Assembly: GCA_030753015.1 (NCBI GenBank)
Contig: JASMDC010000015.1
Span: 8,988 to 72,987, forward strand
DNA length: 64,000 nt
Origin: Candidatus Undinarchaeales archaeon
GTDB lineage: Archaea > SpSt-1190 > JASMDC01
Direction: 5' to 3'
Numbering within the stretch: position 1 is the stretch's first letter; each line of letters opens with the position of its first letter. Below the pieces are notes generated by a model. That model saw only the letters and a program-made list of their open reading frames with translations. It was not told where the DNA came from and made no database searches. The translations under genes and the position numbers were made by a program. This document shows positions 27,944-37,784 of this stretch, in pieces.

Positions 27944-29203
27944 ATGGGGTACACGATAGCTGAGAAGATTCTTGCCCGCGCGGGCGGCAAGCCGAGCGCA
28001 ACCGCAGGCGACATCGTCAACGCACGGGTCGACCTTGCTATGAGCCACGAGAACACCGGACCGATATCGCGCATCTTCAAGAAGATAGGCGTGAAGCGGG
28101 TCTGGGATCCCGAGCGCATCGTCATCCCGATCGATCACTGTGTGCCAGCGGCCGCTGAGAAGAACGCCGTCGAGCACAAAGAGGCCCGGGAGTTCGTAAA
28201 GGAACAGGGTATCACCAACTTCTACGACATCAAGGCAGGAGTGTGCCACCAGGTGCTCCCCGAGAACGGCCACGTCGTGCCGGGGATGCTCATCGTGGGC
28301 AGCGACTCCCACACCACGACCTACGGCGCCCTGGGCGCCTTCTCCTCGGGGATCGGCCGTACCGAGATGGCCGCGGTGTACGCGACAGGGGAGATCTGGA
28401 TGCGCGTGCCCGAGACAGTGCGCATGGTGGTGGACGGCGAGCTGCCGCCGCTTGTCAGCGCCAAGGACGTCATCCTCAACATCATCGGTACCGTTCGCGC
28501 CGATGGCTGCTCGTACAAGTGCGCCGAGTACACCGGTCCCACGGTGGAGCGCATGACACAGTCGAGCCGCATGGTCCTTTCCAACATGGCGGTCGAGATG
28601 GACGCAAAGGCCGGCATCGTCCCCGCCGACGACACGACCGCTTCCTACCTCAAGGGGCGCACCGATAAACCGGTCAATCCCGTCGTCTCCGATCCCGACG
28701 CTGTCGTGGAGCGCGAGGTGCATTTCGACGTGTCAGAGCTGGTCCCCCAGATCGCATGCCCGCACAAGGTCGACAACGTCAAGGCCGTGTCGGACATCGC
28801 GGGTCTGCCGATCAACCAGGCCGTGCTGGGCACCTGCACCAACGGCCGTGTTGAGGATCTCGAGCAGGCCGTTGCCATACTCAAGGGCAAGGAGGTCCAC
28901 CGGGAAGTGCGCCTGCTGGTAATCCCGGCCTCGCGCAAGGAGTACATCGCCGCCTCGGAGGCCGGCCTGCTCACCGAGCTCGCCAGGTCCGGCGCGATCG
29001 TCTGCAACCCCGGCTGCGGGCCCTGCATGGGCGCCCACCAGGGGGCGCTGGCGCCCGGCGAGGTCGCCATCTCCACGTCCAACCGCAACTTCAAGGGCCG
29101 GATGGGGTGCAAGGAGGCCAAGATCTACCTTGCGTCCCCCGCCACCGTGGCAGCGTCCGCGCTCAAGGGCGAGGTCACCGACCCCCGGGAGGTGGTCGTA
29201 TGA
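27944..29203 (+). CDS. leuC: 3-isopropylmalate dehydratase/homoaconitase large subunit
   Basis: DH, GVCHQ, DSHTTTYGA, GTCTNGR, CGPCMG and STSNRNFKGRMG motifs. Substrate specificity (Leu, Hac or Dmd type) is not resolved. Confidence 0.9.
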   Translation: MGYTIAEKILARAGGKPSATAGDIVNARVDLAMSHENTGPISRIFKKIGVKRVWDPERIVIPIDHCVPAAAEKNAVEHKEAREFVKEQGITNFYDIKAGVCHQVLPENGHVVPGMLIVGSDSHTTTYGALGAFSSGIGRTEMAAVYATGEIWMRVPETVRMVVDGELPPLVSAKDVILNIIGTVRADGCSYKCAEYTGPTVERMTQSSRMVLSNMAVEMDAKAGIVPADDTTASYLKGRTDKPVNPVVSDPDAVVEREVHFDVSELVPQIACPHKVDNVKAVSDIAGLPINQAVLGTCTNGRVEDLEQAVAILKGKEVHREVRLLVIPASRKEYIAASEAGLLTELARSGAIVCNPGCGPCMGAHQGALAPGEVAISTSNRNFKGRMGCKEAKIYLASPATVAASALKGEVTDPREVVV

Positions 29204-29697
29204 AGGTCAAGGGACGCGTGTGGCGCTTCGGCGACGACGTGAACACCGATGTCATCTTCCCCGGCAAGTACACCTACACGGTGACCGAGCCCGAGGACAT
29301 GGCCAAGCACGCCATGGAGGACGCTGATCCGGAGTTCGCCAAGGGCGTCCAGGAGGGCGACGTCATCGTTGCAGGCCGGAACTTCGGCTGCGGCTCATCG
29401 CGAGAGCAGGCGGTCACCGCCCCCAAGTACGCGGGCGTGGGCGCCATCATCGCCAAGTCGTTCGCCCGCATCTACTTCCGCAACTGCATCAACCAGGGCC
29501 TGCCCATCCTCAGTCTCCCCGAGGTCGACGAGATCCAACCCGGCGACGAGGTGGAGGTCGTGCTCGAGGAGGGGCTGGTGCGGGATCTCACGACCGGGAA
29601 GGAGTACAGGGCCAAGCCCCTGCCACCCTTCATCATGGACATAATCACGGCCGGGGGGCTCATCCCCAGCCTGAAGAAGAAGCTCGGAACGGAGTAA
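29200..29697 (+). CDS. leuD: 3-isopropylmalate dehydratase/homoaconitase small subunit
   Basis: GDDVNTDVIFPG, NFGCGSSREQA and SFARIYFRNCIN motifs; ATGA overlap with leuC. Confidence 0.9.
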   Translation: MKVKGRVWRFGDDVNTDVIFPGKYTYTVTEPEDMAKHAMEDADPEFAKGVQEGDVIVAGRNFGCGSSREQAVTAPKYAGVGAIIAKSFARIYFRNCINQGLPILSLPEVDEIQPGDEVEVVLEEGLVRDLTTGKEYRAKPLPPFIMDIITAGGLIPSLKKKLGTE

Positions 29698-29709
29698 GGA
29701 GGAACCAAA

Positions 29710-30828
29710 ATGGCAAAATACAAAATCGCGGTCCTGCCGGGCGACGGTATCGGCAAGGACGTCACGGAAGCGGCGATGATCGTTCTGGACAAGCTCGGCC
29801 TGGACGCCGAGTACATCTACGGCGACATCGGATGGGAGTTCTGGTGCAAGGAGGGCAATCCCCTTCCCGACCGCACCCTCAAGCTCTTCAAAGAGACCGA
29901 CTGCTGCCTCTTCGGCGCGATCACATCGAAACCGAAGGAGGAGGCCCAGAAGGCCCTGGCGCCAGAGCTGCAGGACAAGGGGCTTACGTACTTCAGTCCC
30001 ATCGTCAAGCTACGCCAGCTTTTGAACCTGCATACCAACCTCAGGCCGTGCAAGGGCTTCGAGGGCAATCCCCTCAACTTCAAGGACGGAATCGACCTGG
30101 TGGTGTTCAGGGAGAACACCGAGGGACTGTACTCGGGCGTGGAGTTCCACCCCGTGCCCGACGGTGTCCGTTCCGCTCTCAAGGACAACAATGCCAAGAT
30201 GGGCCGGTTCGACGACACGGCGGCCGATGACCTGGCCATCTCGTGCCGGATCTTCACCCGGGCGGGGTGCCAGCGCATCGTGCGCAACGCCTTCGAGTAC
30301 GCCAAGACACACGGCTACTCTTCCGTCACCATCGTGGAGAAGCCCAACGTCATCCGCGAGACCAGCGGTCTCATGGTGCGCGAGGCGCGCAAGATTGCCA
30401 AGGAGTTCGACGGCATCGACCTCTGGGAGACCAACGTCGACGCCCAGTGCATGTGGCTGATCAAGAATCCCAACGATTACGGCGTGATGGTATCGTCGAA
30501 CATGTTCGGTGACATAATCTCGGACCTGGCCGGCCAGTTGGTGGGCGGCCTGGGCTTCGCCAGTGCGGGCAACATCGGCGACGACTACGCGGTGTTCGAG
30601 CCCACCCACGGCTCAGCGCCCAAGTACGCGGGCCAGTACAAGGTCAATCCCATGGCCATGCTGCTCACCGTGAAGATGATGCTCGACTGGCTCGGGGAGG
30701 CTGACAAGGCCAAGAACCTCGAGAATGCCATCAGTGAGGTCATCAAGGAAGGCAAGGTCCGCACCTACGACATGAAGGGCGACGCCAAGACCCTCGAAGT
30801 GGCCCGCGCCATCGCGGACAAGCTGTAG
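29710..30828 (+). CDS. Isocitrate/isopropylmalate dehydrogenase family protein
   Basis: [22 protein letters not shown] and FEPTHGSAP motifs; GGAGG RBS. Confidence 0.93.
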   Translation: MAKYKIAVLPGDGIGKDVTEAAMIVLDKLGLDAEYIYGDIGWEFWCKEGNPLPDRTLKLFKETDCCLFGAITSKPKEEAQKALAPELQDKGLTYFSPIVKLRQLLNLHTNLRPCKGFEGNPLNFKDGIDLVVFRENTEGLYSGVEFHPVPDGVRSALKDNNAKMGRFDDTAADDLAISCRIFTRAGCQRIVRNAFEYAKTHGYSSVTIVEKPNVIRETSGLMVREARKIAKEFDGIDLWETNVDAQCMWLIKNPNDYGVMVSSNMFGDIISDLAGQLVGGLGFASAGNIGDDYAVFEPTHGSAPKYAGQYKVNPMAMLLTVKMMLDWLGEADKAKNLENAISEVIKEGKVRTYDMKGDAKTLEVARAIADKL

Positions 30829-30922
30829 ACCGCCCATGAGCGCTACAGACCGGTGGGGGGTCGCCTGAACGGCGATCATCGAGGACCTTGAGCAGGCCGG
30901 CCTCGAAGGCCAGGAGGTCGAC

Positions 30923-31213
30923 GTGCTCAAGACCTACCTCACCGAAAAGGAGCGGGCGCTCATCGAGGTAGCATACCGCAGGAGTAAGTTCCACGCGATC
31001 TTGCTTTCAGAGCTCGCTCGTGGGCTGGAGGACGCAGAAGGGTTCCACGGGCCGCATGCCGCCGAGCTCGAGCTCCTCCGTTTCCAGCCCACGCTCCACT
31101 CTCTGGAGAATAAGGGGCTTGTCAGGCTCCTCCACAAGGAGGTCCTTCTGACGGAGTCAGGGCTGCAGGTATGCGAAACGTTGTTCGGGATCGTGGAGGA
31201 CCCGCCGGCCTAG
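30923..31213 (+). CDS. Winged-helix-like protein, possibly 5'-extended through an in-frame TGA
   Basis: LHSLENKGLV...LLTESG wing motif; GGAGGT precedes the GTG start. Confidence 0.6.
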   Translation: MLKTYLTEKERALIEVAYRRSKFHAILLSELARGLEDAEGFHGPHAAELELLRFQPTLHSLENKGLVRLLHKEVLLTESGLQVCETLFGIVEDPPA

Positions 31214-31503
31214 GCGTGGTCTTCCTCGACCTCGATGACCCTATCGATGAGGTCAGCGACCTCTTCACCCTTTTCCGTGGGCTCGTAGAGCCGGGTCCGG
31301 CCCAGCTTGATGGTGCTCGCCAGCCCCATCTCACGGAATCGTTGAAGGACGCGGAGGGTGTGTGCGTACTCCGTATCGGCGACCTTAGAGATGGCACGAA
31401 CGTAGCGCACGGGAGGATTGCCTCCGTTCAGCGAAAGAAAGATCTTTGTAGCCTTCTTTTTGAAAAAGAGGCCCAATAATTCGTCCTTCTGCTCTCTAGG
31501 CAT
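31210..31503 (-). CDS. Winged-helix (MarR/ArsR-like) transcription regulator
   Basis: YVRAISKVADTEYAHTLRVLQRFREMGL...GRTRLYEPTEKG. Confidence 0.85.
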   Translation of the reverse strand: MPREQKDELLGLFFKKKATKIFLSLNGGNPPVRYVRAISKVADTEYAHTLRVLQRFREMGLASTIKLGRTRLYEPTEKGEEVADLIDRVIEVEEDHA

Positions 31504-31676
31504 AGTATTTCCTTCCTTGCTGGGGGTGAGGGGGAAATCGCTTTCCCCTCGTAGCGAATCTGTGTCAGAGCCTACATTTAAAAGTCCTTCGCCTGCGAGA
31601 TTCGTTGTTTATAAATCTGGGCTAGTTTATAAATTAACTGCGACACTTTACGGCCATATCGTCCGAGTTACACCCT

Positions 31677-31699
31677 AATTCCGAAGAATCTTCCGAATT
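31677..31699. promoter_or_regulatory. Imperfect palindrome (operator-like) upstream of the wHTH gene
   Basis: AATTC-C-GAAGA-A-TCTTC-C-GAATT. Two GTTTATAAAT boxes lie nearby (about 31607 and 31625), with a GAGGGG..CCCCTC hairpin at 31528-31550. Confidence 0.45.
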
Positions 31700-31746
31700 T
31701 TAAATGGGACTGAATAATGAGAGGATACGATATGAGTGACACAGTG

Positions 31747-31983
31747 TCACGCTTCGTTGATGGCCTCCACGAAGTCCTTGCCCTCGAGAGCACGGATCTG
31801 GGCACGGCTCGCCCGGACGAGGAACGAGCGGCTGAAGGGGTACTCCTCCACGACGTCGAACTCCGAAAGGGCCGGCCGTATCTCGTTCATGCCGAGATCA
31901 CCCTGCACGATCACGATGACCTCCACCACGTCGTCGGGGCCGAGATCGTTGATACGAGATTCGAGAAAACCGTCCAGTTTCAT
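31747..31983 (-). CDS. Stand-alone subtilase-propeptide (inhibitor I9)-like protein
   Basis: KLD..L......DDVVEVIV...VVEEYPFSRSFLVRASRAQIRALEGKDFVEAI follows the propeptide pattern; no protease domain follows. Confidence 0.6.
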   Translation of the reverse strand: MKLDGFLESRINDLGPDDVVEVIVIVQGDLGMNEIRPALSEFDVVEEYPFSRSFLVRASRAQIRALEGKDFVEAINEA

Positions 31984-32125
31984 TCGATACCACCCATGGG
32001 AAAGGTATTTATCGGTGCGAAGATTATAACTAAATAGGTTCCAAAGGGGCGTTAATGGGAAAACTATATAAAGAACAAACGACACTATGTTACTATCGTC
32101 TGGTGACGAACGGGGGTTACAAATT

Positions 32126-32929
32126 ATGATGGATGGCCTTGATGGATGGGTTGACTCGTACCGCGCGGAGATGGACCGCGAGCGGGGCGATATGGATCCT
32201 GTAACAAAGGACATCCAGCAGTCCATGTACCGTGGCCCTCTTTCCCTCCTTCGCAACGTCTACGACGTCTACAAGGACAACGCCTACTCTGCCCTTTTCG
32301 GGGCCGAGCCCAAGGACTACCTAGAGGGCAACGTCACCGCGAACCTCTTCGCCGGCACCAAGGACGGGATCGGCATCAAGTACGTCGCAGAGAATGGTCG
32401 CTTCGTCATCCCGACCAAGGATGGCAAGTACGTCGAGGCCAAGAACTCCAAAGCCTACGCCCTTGACGACAAGGGACAGGTCCTCTCGGACAGCGAACTC
32501 GACAAGGCCGACGACATAGTCATCGAGATGGAGACGCCGGATGGCGCCAAGATCCAGGTCAACTACTTCGACCTCGTCACGATCACTCAGCCCGTTAGCG
32601 AAGACAGCGACAAGCAGGGCGTGTACCTCGGTGTCGGCGAGTCTTACCTCCTTAACCCCTGGGGTGAGCCTGTCGCAAAGGGTGTCAACTGCTACTCGGC
32701 CGACTTCGCAGAGATGGACATGGACCTTCGGCCCGTTGACCGCAAGTCCTGGTCTGCCATGGATTCCAGCTACCACGACGGCGTGCGCGTCAAGCGCCAG
32801 CCATACACCCCCGTGTACGACACAGAGAGCAAGTCGTTCAAGTGGATGGAACCCGTGAAGAACCCCCAGATCTCCGGCGGACACGACTTCGAGAAGCGCG
32901 AGGGCGTGTTCAAGTACCTGGCCGCCTAA
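32126..32929 (+). CDS. Hypothetical acidic protein
   Basis: GC3-biased ORF; CTATATAAA at about 32064 upstream. Confidence 0.75.
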   Translation: MMDGLDGWVDSYRAEMDRERGDMDPVTKDIQQSMYRGPLSLLRNVYDVYKDNAYSALFGAEPKDYLEGNVTANLFAGTKDGIGIKYVAENGRFVIPTKDGKYVEAKNSKAYALDDKGQVLSDSELDKADDIVIEMETPDGAKIQVNYFDLVTITQPVSEDSDKQGVYLGVGESYLLNPWGEPVAKGVNCYSADFAEMDMDLRPVDRKSWSAMDSSYHDGVRVKRQPYTPVYDTESKSFKWMEPVKNPQISGGHDFEKREGVFKYLAA

Positions 32930-33025
32930 AGGCCAGCAACCACAAACCTTATCTAGCGGAGGTTACACTGTAGAGAACAGAACGGACGGGTAAGAAGGAC
33001 CGTATAGACAAGGACGTGTACCCAG

Positions 33026-35173
33026 ATGGGCTTCGAAAAGCTGAAGAAGCGTGCCAAGGACTGGATGAGGGACCTGCCGACACGGCCGTCGGCCTCGGTC
33101 ACTCCCAAGACCGAGGAGGGTATGATCCTCGACCGTTTGCGCAAGACCTTCGAGACGGGCGTCGTCAACGCCGAAATAGGTATGTTCCGGTGGACCGGAA
33201 AGGGTCCGGAGGACACCAAGGCAGAGGACGTTCCCATCTGGCAGCGCCAGCAGGTACGCGAGATCGTGGAGGAGATGGGTGGCGAGTCCACCGTCCACGC
33301 CGGTCTGTCGGTCGACCTCACCTGGCCCACGCCCAACAAACGCATGCAGTCGATCCGGGAGCTGAAACACACCCTACTTTATGCCCGTGACATCAAGGCC
33401 AACGTGGTCACCGTCCACCCCACTACCATGCAGGGCGGTAATGCCTTCTTCGACACCGTTCTCTTCACGCCCGAGACACGCGCGCCATGGTACGGCGGCG
33501 GCGAGGCGGAGATGTCGCAGCGCAACGAGACCGCCGAACAGGTGGGCTGGTACACACCGCAGTACTTCAAGCGCATGGAAGCATGGCGCAAGGCGCACAT
33601 GCGCCGCACCCTGGAGCAGGCCTTCGGCAAGGGGGCCGCAGAGGTCGATGCCGCTATCTACTCGACGGGCATCGAGCTGTACATGAAGTTCCTGCAGGGT
33701 ATGACCCAGCTCTTCGGGTTCTACAAAGAGGCCAAGGAGAACCATCTCCCCATGGCCATCGCCCAGGAGCACTTCAACAATTTCGTTCACATGTCGGCCA
33801 AGATCGCCGAGAATCCCCAGCTCTCCGAGGAGGAGAAGAAGGCTGAGATCACGGCGCTGGCCAAGGCAGGGTTCCGTTCCGCCCTGTCGGACAGGGGACC
33901 CTACCAGGACGCCTCGCCAGCACACGTGCGACCCTACGCGGAACGGGCGTTCGCGCCCTTCCTCAGTGGCGGGGCGGGCGGCGGCGCAGGCGGCGGCGGC
34001 CCCGGTGCTGATAACAACGTCGTCGACGCCGTGGGCAAGCAGCTGGCCTCCGTCAAGGAGCAGATCGCCGCCGATCAGGGCGTGGACGCGGACCAGCTCC
34101 ACCTCACCCCCGAACTCGTCGAGGAATACCTTCTCAAGGACGGCAAGACCGGGCTCAAGCACCTGCGCGAGCAGGCGAACAAGTGGAACCCCGGCCTGCG
34201 AGGGTTCGACGCACGGTACAAGCCTATTACCGAAAAGACCTTCCTCACCACGCTCACCAAGTCGTTCGAGATCCTGCTGGACGACGAGGACATCAAGTCC
34301 GTGCTCAATGAGGGCGAGACCAAGATCGGCCTCGAGAACATGGAGATGACGAACCTCGCCACCGGCGTTCTGGGCTCACCGTACTTCTCCCAGCCCATCC
34401 ACTTCAAGAAGGCGCTGAAGCAGATATGGGCGATCGCCAAGCGCAAGGGCATCAAGAACCCGGAGAAGGTCATCGGGATGACCTACGACATCCTCCACGC
34501 CTCCACCGGGAAGGACCCCCTCAAGTTCATGGAAGAGCTGCAGAAGCCGGAGATAGACCCCGAGACCGGGGAGAAGCTCCCCGGCGTGCCTCTCTTCAAC
34601 GTCCACGTCTCGGGTGGCCCGATCAACGCCTACGGCGGGACTGCCCACCAGCACGTGGCCATGGGTTCGCGGGGCGATGCCATCACCCAGAAGCACCCCG
34701 GCCTCATGGACGACATCAAGAAGAAGCTCAAGGAGGCCAAGAGCAAGGGTCTCATCGAGGACGTGCCGGTCATCACCATCGAACCCGGAGAGGGCGGTAC
34801 CGAGGACACCGAGCAGACGCTCGCCAACTGGGTGACCGCGGGGGCCGAGCCCTTCTATGCCAAGTACGGCGCCGAGCTCGGGGTGGCCAAGGAGTGGGGT
34901 TACGACCAGGCCACGGACGAGTACTACAAGGAGAAGGCAGAGCAGCAGAGCCTGAGCGAGTACCCCGGCGAGGGGCTCTACACGGCCATGGACCGTTCCT
35001 TCCTCTACCAGGGTGCACGGGCCACCTTCATGGAGACGCTCTACAGCCAGGGCGGTGCCCAGAAGGGTGTCGCGCCCGGTATGTGGGCAGGCGGAATGAG
35101 CCACCGTGACGTCGCCCAGCTACCCAAGCCCTGGGCGGAGCGCTTCTACTTCTCGGGCCAGGGGAACGAGTAA
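33026..35173 (+). CDS. Xylose-isomerase/AP-endonuclease-2-like TIM barrel protein with a large insertion
   Basis: TVHA, VTVHP, IGLENM, TYDILHA, NVHVS, HQH and ITIEPG metal-ligand motifs, with a long helical/Gly-rich insert between VHP and LEN. Confidence 0.8.
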   Translation: MGFEKLKKRAKDWMRDLPTRPSASVTPKTEEGMILDRLRKTFETGVVNAEIGMFRWTGKGPEDTKAEDVPIWQRQQVREIVEEMGGESTVHAGLSVDLTWPTPNKRMQSIRELKHTLLYARDIKANVVTVHPTTMQGGNAFFDTVLFTPETRAPWYGGGEAEMSQRNETAEQVGWYTPQYFKRMEAWRKAHMRRTLEQAFGKGAAEVDAAIYSTGIELYMKFLQGMTQLFGFYKEAKENHLPMAIAQEHFNNFVHMSAKIAENPQLSEEEKKAEITALAKAGFRSALSDRGPYQDASPAHVRPYAERAFAPFLSGGAGGGAGGGGPGADNNVVDAVGKQLASVKEQIAADQGVDADQLHLTPELVEEYLLKDGKTGLKHLREQANKWNPGLRGFDARYKPITEKTFLTTLTKSFEILLDDEDIKSVLNEGETKIGLENMEMTNLATGVLGSPYFSQPIHFKKALKQIWAIAKRKGIKNPEKVIGMTYDILHASTGKDPLKFMEELQKPEIDPETGEKLPGVPLFNVHVSGGPINAYGGTAHQHVAMGSRGDAITQKHPGLMDDIKKKLKEAKSKGLIEDVPVITIEPGEGGTEDTEQTLANWVTAGAEPFYAKYGAELGVAKEWGYDQATDEYYKEKAEQQSLSEYPGEGLYTAMDRSFLYQGARATFMETLYSQGGAQKGVAPGMWAGGMSHRDVAQLPKPWAERFYFSGQGNE

Positions 35174-35235
35174 ACGGCGGCCTGCGCCAAACATTTTATA
35201 AAGGAAGAGCAGGTATCTTTCGATGGGTTAGAGCT

Positions 35236-37380
35236 GTGTCTCCTGATAATGCTGTCGAGGGAAGAATCACGTCCATCGAGGAGAAGATGCGCACCTTCTC
35301 CAAGGCCATGCAGGCCATCGAGGCATTCTCCAACCAGCAGCGGCAGGTCCTCCTCAAGGCGCTGAGCGAAGGGGACAAGACCTCCGCTCTCGTGGAGCGT
35401 CTCAACACCCTCGAGGGCCGGTTCGTCAGGATCGAGCAGGAGGGGCTCAAGTCCACGGAGGACTATCTGGCCGTCGAGGAGCGGATGGGCCGCTCGTCCC
35501 AGGAGAACGAGGGCGCCATCAAGGCCATCTCCGACGAGCTGCGGTCCCTGCGCGAATCGCTGGAGATCGAGATATACAAGTCGTCGGCCAAGGTCGAGAA
35601 GAAGGTCGTCACACGCCTCGAACCCATCGAGAAGGGGCAGGAGTCCATCACAGCGGTGCGCGACCGCATCACCCTGCTGGAGAAGCTGGTCAACAACCAG
35701 CTTACGCCCATCTCAGGCCGCATCGACACCGTCCAGCAAGGACTGGAGGAGCGGTTCAACAGCATCCAGGAGACCATGAACGAGAAGCTGGGCCGGCTCG
35801 AGGAGATCACCGGATCCATCAAGGACTTCGTCCCCGAGGCCATCACCCACTCTCAAAGCTCGATCGAGGAACGGATCGATGCCCGCATCGGTGCACGGAT
35901 GGAAGCGCTCGAGAATCGTGCTGCCTCGTTCAGTGACATCACCAAGCGCATGGACACGCTCGAGGATAGCCTGAACAAGCAGGTGTCGCCGCTCCGCGAC
36001 GACGTGGCCATGATCAAGGAGAAGGTCACGCTCGAGGTCGACAAGACCATCTCACGCGTGGAATCACGTGTGGACGGCAAGCTCGATCCTCTGTCGACCT
36101 GGGTCAGCGGCCTGAACAAGAAGGTCGAGAGCGTGGAGAAGAAGCTCCAGTCGACGCCCGACCTCGAAGCCCGCCTCACCCGTCTGGAGGGGCTCGTGGA
36201 GAGCCAGATCGCACCATTGGGCGAGAAGCTCTCGGCGCTTGAGACCACCCTCGGTGTGGACGTGGACGACTCCGTCAACCGCCTCGAAGAGCGGGTGGAC
36301 GCGCGGATGAGCGCTGCTGAGAACCGCCTTGGCGAGCGGCTCGGCACCATCAACACCATCATGGACGACCGGTTCTCCGGCGTCGACACCAAGCTCAACG
36401 GTCTGGACGAGACGACACGGACCAGCGAGGTGCTCGTCGAGCGCGTATCGCGCATCGAGGACCAGCTGGGCGATTCCACCAAGGTGCTGACCGACCGGGT
36501 AAACTCCGTCGAGGTGCTCACCAAGTCGAACCAGGTGGAGGCCATCAACCGGATCGAGGACGTCAAGAACGACGGGATAGGCCCCATGACCAAGGACCTC
36601 AAGCGGGTCAAGGAGTTCATGGCCAAGGCCGCGACCAGCGTGGAGACGGCCGCCATACGCGAGGACATGAACGAGCACGGCACCCAGATCAGGGACCTCA
36701 TCGCCATCTCCTCCAAGCTCCTGGACCAGTTCAAGGGCCTCAACACCATACCTCCCAGGATCACCAAGCTCGAGCTCAAGGTCGAGAACCTCGATCCCCT
36801 ACGCACCGACTTCCAGAACGTGGTCACCATGACCCGGAAGGTCGGCCGGCTCGTCACCGGCGTGGAGAGCCGCATCTCGAAGAACGAGCGGGAGCTCAAG
36901 CGGTTCGACCGCACCGAGGATGCGCTGACCACCCTCACCAAGGCGCTGGGCGACGTCACCAAGATAGCCAGCCGCAACGAGCTGGAGCTCGGCTCGCTGC
37001 GCGCACGCGAGGTCCCCAAGACCATCGACGAGCACGAGAAGCGTATCGACGACCTGTTCCGGCTGCAGCAGAAGGTGCTCTACACCAGCGAGGACCTGGC
37101 CAAGAAGGTCGGCGTGTTCCAGAAGACGCTGGGCACCGGTACCGACCTCATGGACGAGGTCGTCCACAAGGTGGAGCGGCGCCTCGAAGTGTTCGAGAAG
37201 GAGATGCGCGTGGTCAAGACCGAGAACGAGAGCATCCGGCTCTCCATGGGCGACGCCATCTCGGCCGCAGCCGACCTCGAGGACGTCAAGAAGGACGTCA
37301 TCCGCCTGCGTGTCCGCCAGAAGAAGCTCGGAGAGACGCTGAAGTCCATGAAGGACAGGGTCTCGATGGTCATCGCGTAG
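35236..37380 (+). CDS. Long coiled-coil protein with internal repeats
   Basis: Heptad-rich E/K/R/L composition over 714 aa; no catalytic or TM motif. Confidence 0.85.
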   Translation: MSPDNAVEGRITSIEEKMRTFSKAMQAIEAFSNQQRQVLLKALSEGDKTSALVERLNTLEGRFVRIEQEGLKSTEDYLAVEERMGRSSQENEGAIKAISDELRSLRESLEIEIYKSSAKVEKKVVTRLEPIEKGQESITAVRDRITLLEKLVNNQLTPISGRIDTVQQGLEERFNSIQETMNEKLGRLEEITGSIKDFVPEAITHSQSSIEERIDARIGARMEALENRAASFSDITKRMDTLEDSLNKQVSPLRDDVAMIKEKVTLEVDKTISRVESRVDGKLDPLSTWVSGLNKKVESVEKKLQSTPDLEARLTRLEGLVESQIAPLGEKLSALETTLGVDVDDSVNRLEERVDARMSAAENRLGERLGTINTIMDDRFSGVDTKLNGLDETTRTSEVLVERVSRIEDQLGDSTKVLTDRVNSVEVLTKSNQVEAINRIEDVKNDGIGPMTKDLKRVKEFMAKAATSVETAAIREDMNEHGTQIRDLIAISSKLLDQFKGLNTIPPRITKLELKVENLDPLRTDFQNVVTMTRKVGRLVTGVESRISKNERELKRFDRTEDALTTLTKALGDVTKIASRNELELGSLRAREVPKTIDEHEKRIDDLFRLQQKVLYTSEDLAKKVGVFQKTLGTGTDLMDEVVHKVERRLEVFEKEMRVVKTENESIRLSMGDAISAAADLEDVKKDVIRLRVRQKKLGETLKSMKDRVSMVIA

Positions 37381-37511
37381 ACCGGACGCGGACGGTCGGA
37401 GCTGCAGTGGGACTTATTGGTCAGCGGGAGCGTTCCGGGGATGGCGAAGTTCTGTCCGGAGCCAGGAACACTTGTGTTATACGAAAGCCTACAGATTCAG
37501 TCCTTCTTCTT

Positions 37512-37558
37512 GATCCTCCCTTGTCTGTTGAGAATCGCTGAGCGAGGCCGCCGATCCG
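37512..37558. repeat. Junction repeat family J2, copy A (degenerate)
   Basis: GTTGAGAATCGCTGAGCGAGGCCGCCGATCCG aligns with the copies at 39888 and 41863. Confidence 0.65.
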
Positions 37559-37784
37559 GTTATGTGGGATCCCGGCCTACGCCGAATTCAAAGTCTTTTC
37601 CATTCTAATCATTATTACTTCTGTACCCTCAACATTTTGCTTGATTTTCTTGACTTTTCGATATCCCGATTTTATATAGAATTCTTCAGCCGTTATACTT
37701 GAAAGAACGAATAATAGTCTCTTGTTCTTTTCCCTCGCAATTTGTTCAATGTTGTTGATTAATTTCGTACCTATCCCTTTGCCA

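Noticed and set aside
30866-30868. Selenocysteine or genetic-code reassignment at an in-frame TGA
   Set aside because: There is no redox-motif context or visible SECIS, and TGA terminates many well-supported genes in the window.
33964-34006. GGC-rich run as a DNA repeat element
   Set aside because: It encodes a Gly/Ala linker within the TIM-barrel protein.
37710-37740. Suspected second frameshift in the GNAT 3' half
   Set aside because: Recounting the T-run shows the frame is intact (GCG AGG GAA AAG AAC).
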